64,000 nt of DNA from Candidatus Poribacteria bacterium (GTDB lineage: Bacteria > Poribacteria > WGA-4E > PCPOR2b): positions 1,952,001-2,016,000 of the forward strand of contig OZ244587.1 in assembly GCA_965218095.1 (NCBI GenBank). The letters are read 5' to 3'. Position numbers and translations under genes: made by a program. Under the pieces are notes generated by a model, which saw only the letters and a program-made list of their open reading frames with translations, was not told where the DNA came from and ran no database searches. This document shows positions 28,481 to 39,427 of the stretch, one piece after another. How positions within the stretch are numbered: position 1 is the stretch's first letter; the number at the start of each line of letters is the position of its first letter.

Positions 28481-29482
28481 ATGGATGAAGGAATCGTTAT
28501 CAAAGCACACGGCGGGGTTTATGATGTTCAGGTCGAGGTTCAGCTTTATCACTGCTCATTGAGACATCATATTATCGAAGAAGATAAACGGCGGCGCGCG
28601 GAAACGAAGGAAGCGCCTTACGTCGATCTCGTTTCTGTCGGCGACCGGGTGTCGATCTCTCAGTCGCAGTCTGAATCTGATGTCGGTTATATTGAAGAAA
28701 TTCTCCCCCGTCAGACGCAATTTGGACGGACGCGGTTGGGCAAATTGCCACAGGTTATTGTGGTGAATCTCGATCTATTACTGATTATCTTTGCGGCGCG
28801 AAATCCCCAACTCAAATTACGGCTGTTGGATCGATTCCTCGTGACAGCAGAGGCATCAGGGATGTTACCGGTGATCTGTATCAACAAGATAGATCTGGTT
28901 AAACTGGAAAAGTTAAAAGCGCAGATGGCACTCTACGAGGTAATTGGTTATCACGTGATTTATACAAGTGTCATGACCGGCGCTGGAATCGACGAGATGC
29001 GTGCAGTGATGAAGGATAAAATCTCCGCCATTGTCGGATCTTCTGGTGTCGGAAAATCGTCGCTGCTCAACGTCATTCAGCCGGGCTTACGGTTGCGCAT
29101 TGGTGAGGTCGATGAGCGAATGCACAAAGGACGACACATAACAACGGAGGTCTCCCTCTTGCCGCTCCATTTCGGTGGATTCGTCGCAGACACACCGGGC
29201 ATCCGCACGCTTGGTTTGCTCGAAATTGATGAGGAGCAAGGGCTAGACATCTATTTCCCCGAAATGCGTCCCTATATTCCTGAATGCAAGTTTGCAGCGT
29301 GTACACATCATCATGAACCGGGGTGTGCAGTTAAACGTGCCGTAGCGCAGGGGGAAATTAGCGAGATGCGATACGACAGCTACGCGCGAATATCGGGCTC
29401 TAAGGAAGGAAGGTTTGAACGCGGCGCACCAAAGAAGGAACCGAGACGTTATGAGAGGAGGCATAAACGTGCGAAGAGATAA
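28481..29482 (+). CDS. rsgA: Ribosome small subunit-dependent GTPase A
   Basis: VGDRV, NKID, GSSGVGKSSLLN, GRHITT, DTPG, CKFAACTHHHEPGC. Confidence 0.96.
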   Translation: MDEGIVIKAHGGVYDVQVEVQLYHCSLRHHIIEEDKRRRAETKEAPYVDLVSVGDRVSISQSQSESDVGYIEEILPRQTQFGRTRLGKLPQVIVVNLDLLLIIFAARNPQLKLRLLDRFLVTAEASGMLPVICINKIDLVKLEKLKAQMALYEVIGYHVIYTSVMTGAGIDEMRAVMKDKISAIVGSSGVGKSSLLNVIQPGLRLRIGEVDERMHKGRHITTEVSLLPLHFGGFVADTPGIRTLGLLEIDEEQGLDIYFPEMRPYIPECKFAACTHHHEPGCAVKRAVAQGEISEMRYDSYARISGSKEGRFERGAPKKEPRRYERRHKRAKR

Positions 29483-30305
29483 TGGACATCAAGTGATTGA
29501 AAGATTGAGGAAAATTATTGAGAAGAACGAGCAGAAGCTCGCATATTTTCAGAATCGGTTGAAGCAGGCTCAGTTCATTGATCGGCCGAACCGGCGCATG
29601 ATTGACGTGGCAGAAGGACAGACGAGCTCATATACTGACCAATTGGGCGCCTTATATAACGAACTGCGTGAGTTGGAACGGCTTTACGGGGGCGGCATAA
29701 AATTAAGAACGACGGAGGAACAGGATTTGCGGCAAACCTGGCGTTGGACAAATGAACCCGCGCTTCGCGAGCTCTTGCACGCTGAACCGATGTCATTCCA
29801 GGCTTACGTTGACAATTGGCATCGTTGGCTTGCTGACGAAGACATACATCCCTTCTCAATCGATTTGGCAAATGGTGAACTGATTGGCTTTATGCTGATT
29901 AAATGCACCGGCAGGGCGTGGGAAGCTCGCCACGCCTCACTTGAGTTTATCGTTATCCGCCCCGATTGCCGTTATCGTGGGTATGGCACGGAAGCAATGA
30001 AGCAGGCAATTGACTCCGCTTTTGAACATCTGAGTGTAGACACCTTCGGGCTTCGGGTCGATGCCGACAGTTATGGGGCCGTTCTGTGTTTCGAGAGAAG
30101 TGGATTGCAGTGTATTGATCGGGAACATTACACGGACTTAGAGCGCTATCGGATGGAGATACGCCGCGAAGTGTGGGAAGGCACAGATGCCCCTTCCACC
30201 GGATTCATACAAGAACACGAAGATAGTGCTGCTTCTGCGGAATCAAGTCCCTATCTCACCGCCAAGCTGCTGGCGCCGTTAAAAGAGCTCGTTTCAAACC
30301 ACTAG
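29469..30305 (+). CDS. GNAT (RimJ/RimL-like) acetyltransferase with N-terminal coiled coil
   Basis: YRGYGTEAM, FERSG; N-terminal helical extension. Confidence 0.75.
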   Translation: MRRDNGHQVIERLRKIIEKNEQKLAYFQNRLKQAQFIDRPNRRMIDVAEGQTSSYTDQLGALYNELRELERLYGGGIKLRTTEEQDLRQTWRWTNEPALRELLHAEPMSFQAYVDNWHRWLADEDIHPFSIDLANGELIGFMLIKCTGRAWEARHASLEFIVIRPDCRYRGYGTEAMKQAIDSAFEHLSVDTFGLRVDADSYGAVLCFERSGLQCIDREHYTDLERYRMEIRREVWEGTDAPSTGFIQEHEDSAASAESSPYLTAKLLAPLKELVSNH

Positions 30306-30400
30306 GCGTGAAACGTGAAAATCGGAAACCAGAAAGCTGATTTTTCGTTTTTACGGTTTACGTCTCACAATTCAATCCGAAATCGAATGAGGAGTCGTTG

Positions 30401-30813
30401 ATGAATAAAATCACCAAAGTTGCATTGGTCGGCGTCACACATCCCCACTCGACATCACACTTGAAAACACTCAACTAGATCGATCAGGTCACTGCTATCC
30501 CTGTCTTTGATTTAGATCCCGCTGCGCTCCGAGATTTTCGGGAGCAGGTTGACGGAAGGAAGCTGGAGGAGGATTATACAGACCTTGACGCGTTGCTGGA
30601 GCGTGATGATGTGCCGGTGGTGTTTGTCTATAAAGCCGGTCGCACGGCGCGCAAAGAAACTTGAGCCGGCACTGGCAGCTATGGAGAAAGCGGGCGTCAA
30701 GCTCACTGTATGCTTCTAAAATCGATACCATCCCATTTCACAGGGAATTCACAGGCTCGTAGGAGACGGTATCTTGGGACAGCCGATGAGAGCCAAATTT
30801 TTTACTCCTATTA
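30401..30813 (+). pseudogene. Gfo/Idh/MocA oxidoreductase remnant, interrupted by an IS5 element
   Basis: MNKITKVALVGVTHPH...LN*IDQ...YTDLDALLERDD, then internal deletion/frameshift to KPVA...AGVKL.VCF*NRYHP...GILG. Confidence 0.75.
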
Positions 30814-31634
30814 GGTTCTGTTGACATTTCAAGGGAGCCATATAAGAAGTGGAGACAAAGCTGAGAAATCCAAAATAACGGATAGCTAACTTCTCGAACC
30901 GAGAGAAGATGCGGCGATACCATTTTATCTTGTTAATGAAACATTCAACCAGATGTCCCTCTTTGTACAGATGTTTGTCGTAATCTCTTTGATCCACACG
31001 ATGACTTTTTGGCGGTATCACCGCAATTGCTCCATTCGCCTCAATAACCGCGATAAAATTGTCGGAGTCATATCCCTTGTCTCCAATCACATACTCGCTT
31101 TTATATCCAAGTATCAACGCTTCTGCTTCCGCTATGTCGTTTCTTTGACCGGGCGTCAGATGTATTCTTAGGGGATTACCCAGGCCGTCAACGGTGATGT
31201 GAATTTTTGTACTGAATCCCCCGCGAGAGCAGCCTAACGCTTGGTTTTCAGTGCCACCCTTTTTTTTTCGGCACCCGCCGCACACGGGTGAGCGTGGCAG
31301 ATGGTACTGTCCACAATAAGCGACTCGATATCGGGGTCGGCGGCGAAGTGGGGGTGCATCTGTGTGAAGATACCTTTGTCGCACCACCGAGCAAAACGCT
31401 TATAGAGGGTGTTCGATTTACCATAGGTGTCTGGCAGAATCCGCCATTGAGCACCGCTACGGGTCGCCCAGAGAACAGCTTCGATAAAGCGGCGTGTTGT
31501 CGCTTCGTTGCCAACATAGATGGTGGGACAAGTTAGAAGAAACGAGTATATCTTTTTCCATTGGTCATCGGGTAAGGTTATTGGCATCATTCTTCTATTA
31601 TGCCACAACCTTATACTCAAATGTCAACAGAACC
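30814..31634 (-). mobile_element. IS5-family element (IS427-like), 821 bp
   Basis: 16-bp TIR GGTTCTGTTGACATTT / AAATGTCAACAGAACC flanked by TA on both sides. Confidence 0.92.
30829..31590 (-). CDS. IS5-family transposase, two ORFs joined by an A9G slippery site
   Basis: orfA RSGAQWRILP..YG...YKRFARW...VDST; orfB SRGGFSTKIH, GDKGYDS, VECFINKIK..RRI..RFEK. Confidence 0.9.
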
Positions 31635-31840
31635 TAGTACAGTCCTACCTCTGATCTTACCCGAACGGTTCCAAATCCGTGAGCGTGTCACAACGGCGAC
31701 TCTGAGGTGATTATGGTCTGCCGCCACAGGCGGGGAAAAAGAACAGAAAAAGCCCTACCGACTGGAATCAGCAGGACTTTTTCTATAGAATCAAGATCGC
31801 TTCAGTTTGCCGCCAACGGCTGCGTCAGCCGTGATCTGAT

Positions 31841-33166
31841 TTACCGCTTCTCGTCGTCTTCATCTTCTTCAGAGTCTTCCTCGTCTTCATCAACCTCATC
31901 CACCTTCATCGTCACGTTCTGTTGAATGCCCACGCTTGTCCCGATACGACTCCGATTCGCGCTGAACCCGCTCTGAGTCGGGGAACCGTTCCCTCGCCCG
32001 GCGGTAGACTTCGGCGGCTTTTTCATCTTCTCCGGCCTCTTCGTAAGCCCGTGCCAACTCTAAGTAGCTATCAGCCCTCTGAGGCTTGGATTCGATAGAG
32101 CGCTCTAGGTCGGCAATCTGTCCCTTAACGGTAGCAGACAGGTCCGATTCGCTGCCAATCGAATTTCGTATTCATCAAGCATCCGGAGAAACTCGGAGAT
32201 TTCCCGTTGTTCGGCGGCACTTGCCTCTCCGTTTTCGCTTGGCGGTTCAAAGTCAAGCGGCTCGGAATCAAAACCGGTTTCACCCTTCAACCTCTCAGTC
32301 TTGTCGGGAATGGGAGGCGTCTCTTTTTGAGGTAGTGCTTGGGGAGGTGTTCCTTCGGGAGAGAGCTCTTTGGGCCCCGGCTCCTATGCCTCAGACGGTA
32401 ACGGTTTTATGCGAGGATTCCCGGCTTCGATTGCTCGAATATGTGCGAGGCTCACCAGGCCCTGACTAATCGCATAGGCTTTCTTATAGGACGCCAATGC
32501 TTCATCATATCGCCCCATTCTTTCGTAACTCGTTCCCAACACGTAATGTGGCGCAAAATACGATGGATCCTTTGCAATAGCGGCTTTGAGATAGAAGACC
32601 GCTTCTCGTGGCTGATTATCACTGAGCATTTGTCCCAGTCCATATAGTGCATCGACAGAGGTGGAGTCTATTTCAACCAATCGTTCAAAAGCTGCTAACC
32701 TCTCGCCACCCCGAGGAAGTAGCCGAGCGAACAGGAGCCGTGCTTCAAAAGAGTCAGGATTCTCTGCCACAGCCATCCGTGCATACTCCCGTGCGTAATC
32801 CCACTCGCCTGCTTCTCTTAGTTTCTTGGCGACGCTCAACGGCGCCTCCCCCTTGAACAAAGCAGCTAATCTTTCTCGTTCAAGATCCGTTGCCCGATTG
32901 CTAGCAGGAAGGGAAGTCGATTCTGATGTTTCGATAATTGGACGTGCAGAAACACGGGATTTCTGGTTTGCACTTTGATCCGCACGATTATTTTTTGCGG
33001 ACCCAGTCGATAGCTCAACTTCCACTTCAGGCAACGCAGCTTCTGAAGGGGAAAGGGTGCCGTTATCCAAAGTGGATTGTCGTCTACTCAAGGAAAACAA
33101 AACCACCATGAATACAGCGAGTACAATGACGAGAATTATCAAAATCAATCGGTGCCGGTGCATCAT
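31841..33166 (-). pseudogene. Membrane-anchored TPR protein broken by one TAG and two frameshifts
   Basis: ORF 32384-33166 (TM + TPRs) continues in frame past the TAG into 32105-32290; another frame gives a further TPR (SYLELARAYEEAGEDEKAAEVYRRA) and an acidic tail ending at 31841. Confidence 0.75.
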
Positions 33167-33188
33167 AATCGCTCCTTCTTAAGTACCT

Positions 33189-34297
33189 GAGGGGTGTGCA
33201 TAGTAGTTCATTGGAAAACAGCCGCCATATGAGAGATATTGCGAGCAGGTAACTTCCATATGGCATTGGCAATCATAGCCACTTGCACTGATAACACCCC
33301 GATAGCTAAACAACAGCGTACATTGAAAAACCCCTTGACCGGTAACTGCTTCTGTTGAGGAGTGGTGCCTATCACTTTAGCAATCAAGTCAAACAACGGT
33401 TCAACCGAACTGCGACGTTTGCTTAAACAGAGACGCTGCTTGGGTTGGTTGATAAATCGATGATACGCCTTGGCAAACCGTCCCTTTGTCCATCTAAGTG
33501 CCGGGGTAATCAAAGCGACTTGTGCCTTCGCCCAACGACGGATACGGTCTGCTTGGGTATAGGCATCATCGGCAGTGAGTGTCTGCGGTGAAAGTTGTGT
33601 CAGAATCTCAGACGCTTTAGCATCTATCGCCCAACTTTCGGAGACCGACGCACGGTGCACAGTTATCAGTGTTGGGAACGCACCTTGTGTGCAGATAATG
33701 TGAAGTCCGTAGCCATAGACCCAGCCATGATAACCACTCTTGCTCCACGTGGCATCGGTGTCGAGGTTGCGTAGATGTTTAGGTGCTTTTCCTGCTTTGC
33801 GGTCAGTTTGATGCCAGACGGGTCCTCGTGCCTTAAATAAACTTTTGTCGGCTACCAGATGAGCCAAGTTGAATTGTTGGGACAAGTCAGTGGCATACTG
33901 ACCGATAAACAATACAAATACCTCTATCACTTCATATAATGCCTTATAGCGACGTGCAATCGTGGTTCGATGAGGGGGCTGTTGCCACCCCAGCATTTGT
34001 AACACTTCTGGGTGATTGATTAGCCACCGCCATTGCGTTTTGAAGCCATAGATGCCGTGAAACTGCATCAACATGAAGAAAATGATAAACGAGGTGGTTG
34101 AATATGTCAATGGTTTTGCGTGTGTGACACCTGGTTTGTCAATACGGTGTTGCATAAACTGCTCAAAGAGTTGCATAATAAGAGTGACATAATCAGCCAA
34201 CATTGGTCTTTGTACCATATTGGGGCTCCTTTTGCTATGATAACAATAGGAAACCCTTTTGGCTTGATTATGTCAACTATATTTATGCACACCCCTC
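33189..34297 (-). mobile_element. Complete insertion sequence (DDE; IS4/IS5/IS982-like), 1109 bp
   Basis: 14-bp TIR GAGGGGTGTGCATA / TATGCACACCCCTC; 8-bp target duplication AAGTACCT at 33181-33188 and 34298-34305. Confidence 0.93.
33208..34218 (-). CDS. DDE transposase
   Basis: PHRTTIARR, VADKS, DATWSKSGYHGWVYGYGLH, TADDAY, RRSSVEPLFD. Confidence 0.9.
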   Translation of the reverse strand: MVQRPMLADYVTLIMQLFEQFMQHRIDKPGVTHAKPLTYSTTSFIIFFMLMQFHGIYGFKTQWRWLINHPEVLQMLGWQQPPHRTTIARRYKALYEVIEVFVLFIGQYATDLSQQFNLAHLVADKSLFKARGPVWHQTDRKAGKAPKHLRNLDTDATWSKSGYHGWVYGYGLHIICTQGAFPTLITVHRASVSESWAIDAKASEILTQLSPQTLTADDAYTQADRIRRWAKAQVALITPALRWTKGRFAKAYHRFINQPKQRLCLSKRRSSVEPLFDLIAKVIGTTPQQKQLPVKGFFNVRCCLAIGVLSVQVAMIANAIWKLPARNISHMAAVFQ

Positions 34298-34489
34298 AAG
34301 TACCTCAATTTTATGCAATAAACGGCTGTGCTAAAATGGGGTATAGCAGATCCAATTTAACCAGAAGGGGCGATCCGTCCGCGTGAGACAGACCACACCT
34401 CTAGCGAGAAGGCTAATCTTCTCTGAGTTTGTACCCCTTAAAGTTGGTCGCGTGATCCGAGTCATAGTTATCGGAAACTGAGTACTTTC

Positions 34490-34702
34490 TTTGGTCAGTC
34501 GGCGAATTGAGCCCTACTACAGAAGCATGACCACAAACATGGCGCGGAAAATCGTTGGCATCTTAACAGTGGGTTTCTGACGGGTATCGCCGATAGATGC
34601 CACCGTCTTATTGAACCCCACGACGCCACAGATGTAGCGAAAAAACCGGTTGAGACTACGATCCTCACAAAAGCGGTAACCTTTGTTAGTTTTTTGATTC
34701 AA
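34490..34702 (-). pseudogene. Possible N-terminal transposase remnant
   Basis: LNRFFRYI..V.GF...I.DTRQKPTV.MPTIF...LL**GSIRRL resembles the D-x-R N-terminus of IS4-superfamily transposases (weak, by eye). Confidence 0.3.
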
Positions 34703-34821
34703 CCTGAAAGATGTTTGCAGCGTCTATAGATTGCCTTGTAAAATTAAAAAGATTTGATGTTGATTGGCATAGATACTATATCTGATCTCTCGGATATTCC
34801 GATTCTTCAGGAGGATTAACG

Positions 34822-35052
34822 ATGGAACTGCGAGTTGAATATTGCTCGGCTTGAAACTACTTGCCCACAGCCGTCAGTCTGACGGACGATTTGTTGAGCA
34901 AGTACAAAACAGATGTGAAATCACTCACGCTTGTCCCTGGTGGTGGTGGGTGCTTTGAAGTCACCCTGAACGGAGAACTGATCTACTCCAAGTTACAAAC
35001 GGGAGAGTTCCCAAGCACAGGACAGATTACTTCTGCCATTGAGGGCAGCTAA
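34822..35052 (+). CDS. Rdx/SelT/SelW/SelH-family selenoprotein (CxxU)
   Basis: RBS GGAGG; MELRVEYCSA-TGA(34852-34854)-NYLPTAVSL...GGCFEVTLNGELIYSKLQTGEFP; hairpin 16 nt downstream of the UGA. Confidence 0.92.
34871..34885 (+). promoter_or_regulatory. Putative bacterial SECIS apical hairpin
   Basis: CCGTCA-GTC-TGACGG with G in the loop, 16 nt after the in-frame UGA. Confidence 0.7.
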
Positions 35053-35119
35053 AGAGTAGGTTGCGTGGTGCGTGATGTGGAGGTCAGAGAATCATCACGT
35101 ATCACGCTTTTTTTATGGG

Positions 35120-35980
35120 TCAACCGTCCGCAACAATTTCCCGCGCATCAAGTGGGGCATCATCAGGGTAAACATCAAGGTATCGCTGGATGAATGCTCG
35201 TGTTCCCGGCGGCATCCGATCGAGGTAGCCGGACGTGAGCATCGCATCCCGCTGACCATACTCATGCTGCCAGACCGGCAGTTCCGCTCGCCAGAACGCG
35301 GTGTGCATTGACCAACGTAAGATGCCTTCAGGGTTCAGCCCTCGGTGCCAAAGATTCGCGTTGTAGTACACAATATCGCCCGGTTCCAGTTCCACTGTGA
35401 TTTGTCCCGGCATATTGCCGTTGGGGTTGTCTGTGTAAACTTCTAACTCCGCTTCAGTCGAAGGTCGGGCGTGGCTGCCAGGAACAATCTGTAAAAAGCG
35501 GTCGCCGGGTTTCAGCGGGGCGTTAAACTGAACGTGACGCGACAGGTCTCGCTCCAGGATTTCCGCTTCATTCAGAGCACCCGGTCTGCACAAATCACGG
35601 TGCCACGGGTTGTTATAGGACTGTCCGCCGCCTGAAGCCAGCATACCGAAAAGGCTGTGTCGTCCGGGCGCATCAAAGATTGCCTCAACTGTCGGTATGA
35701 TGTCCGCATCAAGCCACGCCGCGAAGGCAGGGTCGTATTTATCCGGGTGCAGCATGTGACCGATCCGATTCGGCAAACGACACTCGCGGTCAATCCAACG
35801 GATTTCGCACGCCCTAGCCAACCCTCGATCTATCAGCCGCTCAACGCCATCAATCAGCGATTGCACACGGTCAGCGTCGTATGCGGCTCGGAAGATCAGG
35901 TATCCCTCCTCACGATATGTCCGCCGCTGTTCCTCACTCAATTTAACGGAAGCTATACTCATGATTTCGTCTCCCCTCAA
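35120..35980 (-). CDS. Phytanoyl-CoA dioxygenase (PhyH) family protein
   Basis: YREEGYL, PWHRD, IVPGSH, LEPGDIV....LWHRG. Confidence 0.9.
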   Translation of the reverse strand: MRGDEIMSIASVKLSEEQRRTYREEGYLIFRAAYDADRVQSLIDGVERLIDRGLARACEIRWIDRECRLPNRIGHMLHPDKYDPAFAAWLDADIIPTVEAIFDAPGRHSLFGMLASGGGQSYNNPWHRDLCRPGALNEAEILERDLSRHVQFNAPLKPGDRFLQIVPGSHARPSTEAELEVYTDNPNGNMPGQITVELEPGDIVYYNANLWHRGLNPEGILRWSMHTAFWRAELPVWQHEYGQRDAMLTSGYLDRMPPGTRAFIQRYLDVYPDDAPLDAREIVADG

Positions 35981-35984
35981 AAAT

Positions 35985-36575
35985 CTAGGGACTTTTGGGC
36001 TTCACTGCCAAAGCAACCGTATGATGCCTTCCCTGCTTGACCTTCTGATAATTCCTGAAGACCTCCTTGAAATTCCGTTTGATAAACTCCCGCAAGCCTG
36101 AAATTGTGACGACATAAAGTCTGCCATTCGGCTTGAGATGTTCTCTAGCTTCGAGCAGTATAATTCTCAGGAGCTCCCTGCCAGCATTCGCGGGCAGATT
36201 TGATGCGATAATGTCGAACTTGACCTTCGGGAGATGACTGAAAGCGTTACTCAATAACACATCGCAGTTTTGCACCCGATTCTGTGCCACGTTTTTCTGC
36301 GCGTATTCTACCGCTGTAAAATCCTTGTCAACCATATAAACCTCTCCAGTCTTAGACAATTTCGCCATCACGATGCCGATTGCGCCGTAGCCGCAGCCGA
36401 GGTCTAAACAGGTATCTCCTTCCCTCACCTCAAGCCGGTCGATTAACAGCCTTGTGCCTTCATCGATTGCTCTTGGGCTAAACAATCCCCATGTGGCGTG
36501 AAAGCGGAGATCAAATCCCCTCAACCGTGCGTCAAAAACAGTATCGCGTTTGAGTTCCTTTAAGTCCATTATCAC
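35985..36575 (-). CDS. Class I SAM methyltransferase (RsmC-like)
   Basis: GLFSPRAIDEGTRLL, LDLGCGYGAIG, SNLP. Confidence 0.9.
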   Translation of the reverse strand: MIMDLKELKRDTVFDARLRGFDLRFHATWGLFSPRAIDEGTRLLIDRLEVREGDTCLDLGCGYGAIGIVMAKLSKTGEVYMVDKDFTAVEYAQKNVAQNRVQNCDVLLSNAFSHLPKVKFDIIASNLPANAGRELLRIILLEAREHLKPNGRLYVVTISGLREFIKRNFKEVFRNYQKVKQGRHHTVALAVKPKSP

Positions 36576-36599
36576 GTCTCACGTTTTACAAAGCGGGAA

Positions 36600-36821
36600 T
36601 TACATCTGGACGATCATCGGGCTCCCTTCAAGCAATTGCTGGGCAATCCCGACGATACGCGGGTGGGTCGCCAGGTATTTCCATTGCGGATCGACCGTGT
36701 GGGTGAGAAGCCCCTTTTGTCGCTCCGTCTGTCCCACAACCGGCGCACACGAAACGGTCATACCGATGTGGCAATAGACATCAAAGTAAGGTCGCATGTT
36801 CATATTCCTCCCAACACTCAT
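36600..36821 (-). pseudogene. Probable PhyH-family internal fragment
   Basis: LATHPRIVGIAQQLL pattern; no catalytic HxD; flanked by heptamer repeats. Confidence 0.35.
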
Positions 36822-36848
36822 GAGTTGTATTGCGTATTGCGTAAGATC

Positions 36849-38039
36849 CTATCGCCGGGGAAAGAAGGTATCGATTCCCGCTTCGACGTCATCAATCGGA
36901 TGGCCGTACTGCCGTTGATAACTTTCGTGTATGCCGCGCTCCGTTTCCGTGAGATCGGTCAGCGGGAAGGTCAAGGTCTCACGGCTTCGCTTGGCGGATT
37001 CACTCATGCCGATACTCATCATCTGATCTTGTCGCCCAAGTTTCGCGCCGTACTCCGGTGCCATATCGTTGATGACGGCATTTGCAATACTCAAGAGTTC
37101 ATCGGCGACGGCGACCTGTCCTTCGGAGACCGGATAATCCTTCAACGGGTTTTCCCACTTAATTACCTGGTCGCGGAGTTCCAACTCGATTTTCTCGATT
37201 ACCTCCACACCGTCTACATCAATCGTCGTGCGCTTCCCGCTATGCGGGACGCTTCTCGCGCCATTCTCCAAATCCTCCGGGGGCACAATATGAATTTCCT
37301 CTCCGACGATTGTTCCCTCGCTCCCATCAATCTGCGAAATGCTTCGCTGCCCGCGTCCGAGTGAACGAGCATGGATGACGTTGGAATAGACCATCAACGC
37401 CGTCGCGCTGTTGTCAAATTCCAAGAAGCCGAGCGTCCAGTTATCGCTCGTGTGGTGACGTTTCATGCGATCGATGATTGGAATGACCGGCGTCGATTGG
37501 GTGATGCCAAGAATCGACTTCGGCTCTCCATTCGCACGCAGACGGAGCATGCTCATGCCGTGATGGCCGCCCTCGTAAAAGATTCGGTAGATGCGCCCCA
37601 CTTCGCCGATGACGCCCATCTCAATCACCTTCGACAGAAAACGCTCCTTCGGCGCACGGTAGTAGTTTTCGGCGACTTCCAGCTTGACGTTGTTTTGCTT
37701 CGCCGCCTCGATCATCAGATCCGCCATCGACAGTGTCACGGCGATTGGCGTTTCGACGATGATGTTCACGCCAGCGTCCGCCATGAAACAAGCGATTGCG
37801 TGGTGAGTTGTGCCAGGCACGGTGATGTCCACAACGTCGAGTTGCTCGTGCGCGACCAGATCCCGGACGTTGGTATACGGGTTTCCGCCGTACTGTTCGG
37901 CGTACCGGTTGGCAACCGCTTCCTCCATATCACAGATCGCGACGAGGTTATAGACATCTTTCAGCCTGGCAATCACGGGGAGGTGAGCGCCCCCACCACG
38001 TCGCCCTGCGCCAACCAGTGCGATATTCAGTTTTGGCAT
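36849..38039 (-). CDS. Gfo/Idh/MocA family oxidoreductase
   Basis: IALVGAG, LVAICD, IVETPIA, VAENY. Confidence 0.9.
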   Translation of the reverse strand: MPKLNIALVGAGRRGGGAHLPVIARLKDVYNLVAICDMEEAVANRYAEQYGGNPYTNVRDLVAHEQLDVVDITVPGTTHHAIACFMADAGVNIIVETPIAVTLSMADLMIEAAKQNNVKLEVAENYYRAPKERFLSKVIEMGVIGEVGRIYRIFYEGGHHGMSMLRLRANGEPKSILGITQSTPVIPIIDRMKRHHTSDNWTLGFLEFDNSATALMVYSNVIHARSLGRGQRSISQIDGSEGTIVGEEIHIVPPEDLENGARSVPHSGKRTTIDVDGVEVIEKIELELRDQVIKWENPLKDYPVSEGQVAVADELLSIANAVINDMAPEYGAKLGRQDQMMSIGMSESAKRSRETLTFPLTDLTETERGIHESYQRQYGHPIDDVEAGIDTFFPRR

Positions 38040-38139
38040 ATGGAATCTCCTTCTTAACAACCGAGAGTTGAGTTAGAAGTAAGTGTGTATAGACGTGAAA
38101 CGTACTGCGTGATGCGTATTGCGTAAAATGTAAAAGAAA

Positions 38140-39090
38140 TTAAGACGGTGGGAAGGGAATGGGGATAGGATTGAAAGCGCAAGGAGGATTTGCTAAGAAT
38201 CGATGAGCCTCCTCCAGTGTTGGCAAGCCGCTTCGCCCGCCGAGTTGACGACAGTTGAGTGCAGCGACAGCCGAAGCAAAACGAACCGTTTCCTCAACAC
38301 GCCAATCTTGCAGGGTGCTGTAGATAAACGCACCGTGAAAGGCATCCCCCGCACCGGTTGTGTCCACCGCATCGACAGGAAAGGCTGGAAACGCAAATAT
38401 CCCTTTTTCCCATTTAGCGACACAGCCGCACTCTCCAAACGTCACGACCGCGATTCGCGCTCCGAAATCGCACAGCCGCTGCACAACCACTTCGGCAGGA
38501 GCGTCAGGCATCCAACCCTGCACAAAAACATCCGACACAATGGGGATATCGACCAGGGGGAGAAGATCCATGAGAAATTCATTGTGCCACGTACCATCGA
38601 ATACAACACACACGCCCGCGGCTTTCGCCCATTTCGCGGCTTGAATCGAGGGTTCATCCGCATCGTCCAGGTGCAAGACTTTGGCAGACGTAATCTCTTT
38701 TCGATTCAGGTCGGATACGGTCAAAGGCGAGCAGGTTTCTGTGCAGAGGGTAAAGCAGCAATCACCGGTGGTCTGATCAACGAGAACGAGAACAGCGCGA
38801 GATAGGGTGTTCGGTTCGACAATCAATTGGCTGACGTCAACGCCTTCCTTCTGAAATTCTTCGCAGATGAACACGCCTTCGGGATCGTCGCCGATCTTTC
38901 CGATGAAACGAGTGGAGACACCCAATCGGGCAAGGGTGACAAGCGCCGTTGCGACAGGACCGCCTGACTAGCGGAGGTATTGAGAGGCATACGTCGCTCT
39001 CCCGAACGCCGGCGGTTGGGGGACAACAAAGAGCATATCGGCTGTGCATAAGCCAATGCCAATGACATCTGGGAAGGTGTTTCGGTTCAT
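38140..39090 (-). pseudogene. PfkB family carbohydrate kinase with one in-frame TAG
   Basis: MNRNTFPDVIGIGLCTAD...YLR*SGGPVATALVTLARLG in frame with DTTGAGDAFHG; TAG at 38968-38970. Confidence 0.85.
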
Positions 39091-39128
39091 GGGAAGGTCC
39101 TGACTATCGAGCCTGGAACGACAGTGCT

Positions 39129-39190
39129 GTAGCCGAATTCGTGAGAGTTCGAGTTTGCCCGAAGGCCCGAACTCTCACGGGTTTGGCGGC
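39129..39190. repeat. GTAG-type REP-like long palindrome
   Basis: GTAGCCGAATTCGTGAGAGTTCG ... CGAACTCTCACGGGTTTGGC. Confidence 0.65.
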
Positions 39191-39427
39191 CGGCATTTAT
39201 GACCATGCCTCATTTAAATGCCAATGTGTGTTGTTAGGCTGACAAACCTGAAAAAAGGTTCCGCCATTCTACGCTCATAAATATGCGCCTTGCTTGCTTA
39301 TCAGAAAGCCTCCAGATTGTAATGGCAATCATCATTATTTGTAGGTTTGTGAACGACTGAGGCGACCTTCTATTTTAAGTCATGAGGAGAATGGCGTAAA
39401 ATATTATTCTGCATAAATCTTATGATA

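Noticed and set aside
34360-34700. tmRNA, riboswitch or other ncRNA (GCCAACGAT on the minus strand, several stems)
   Set aside because: No tag ending or tRNA-like domain, and I recognise no riboswitch consensus; a transposase remnant explains part of it.
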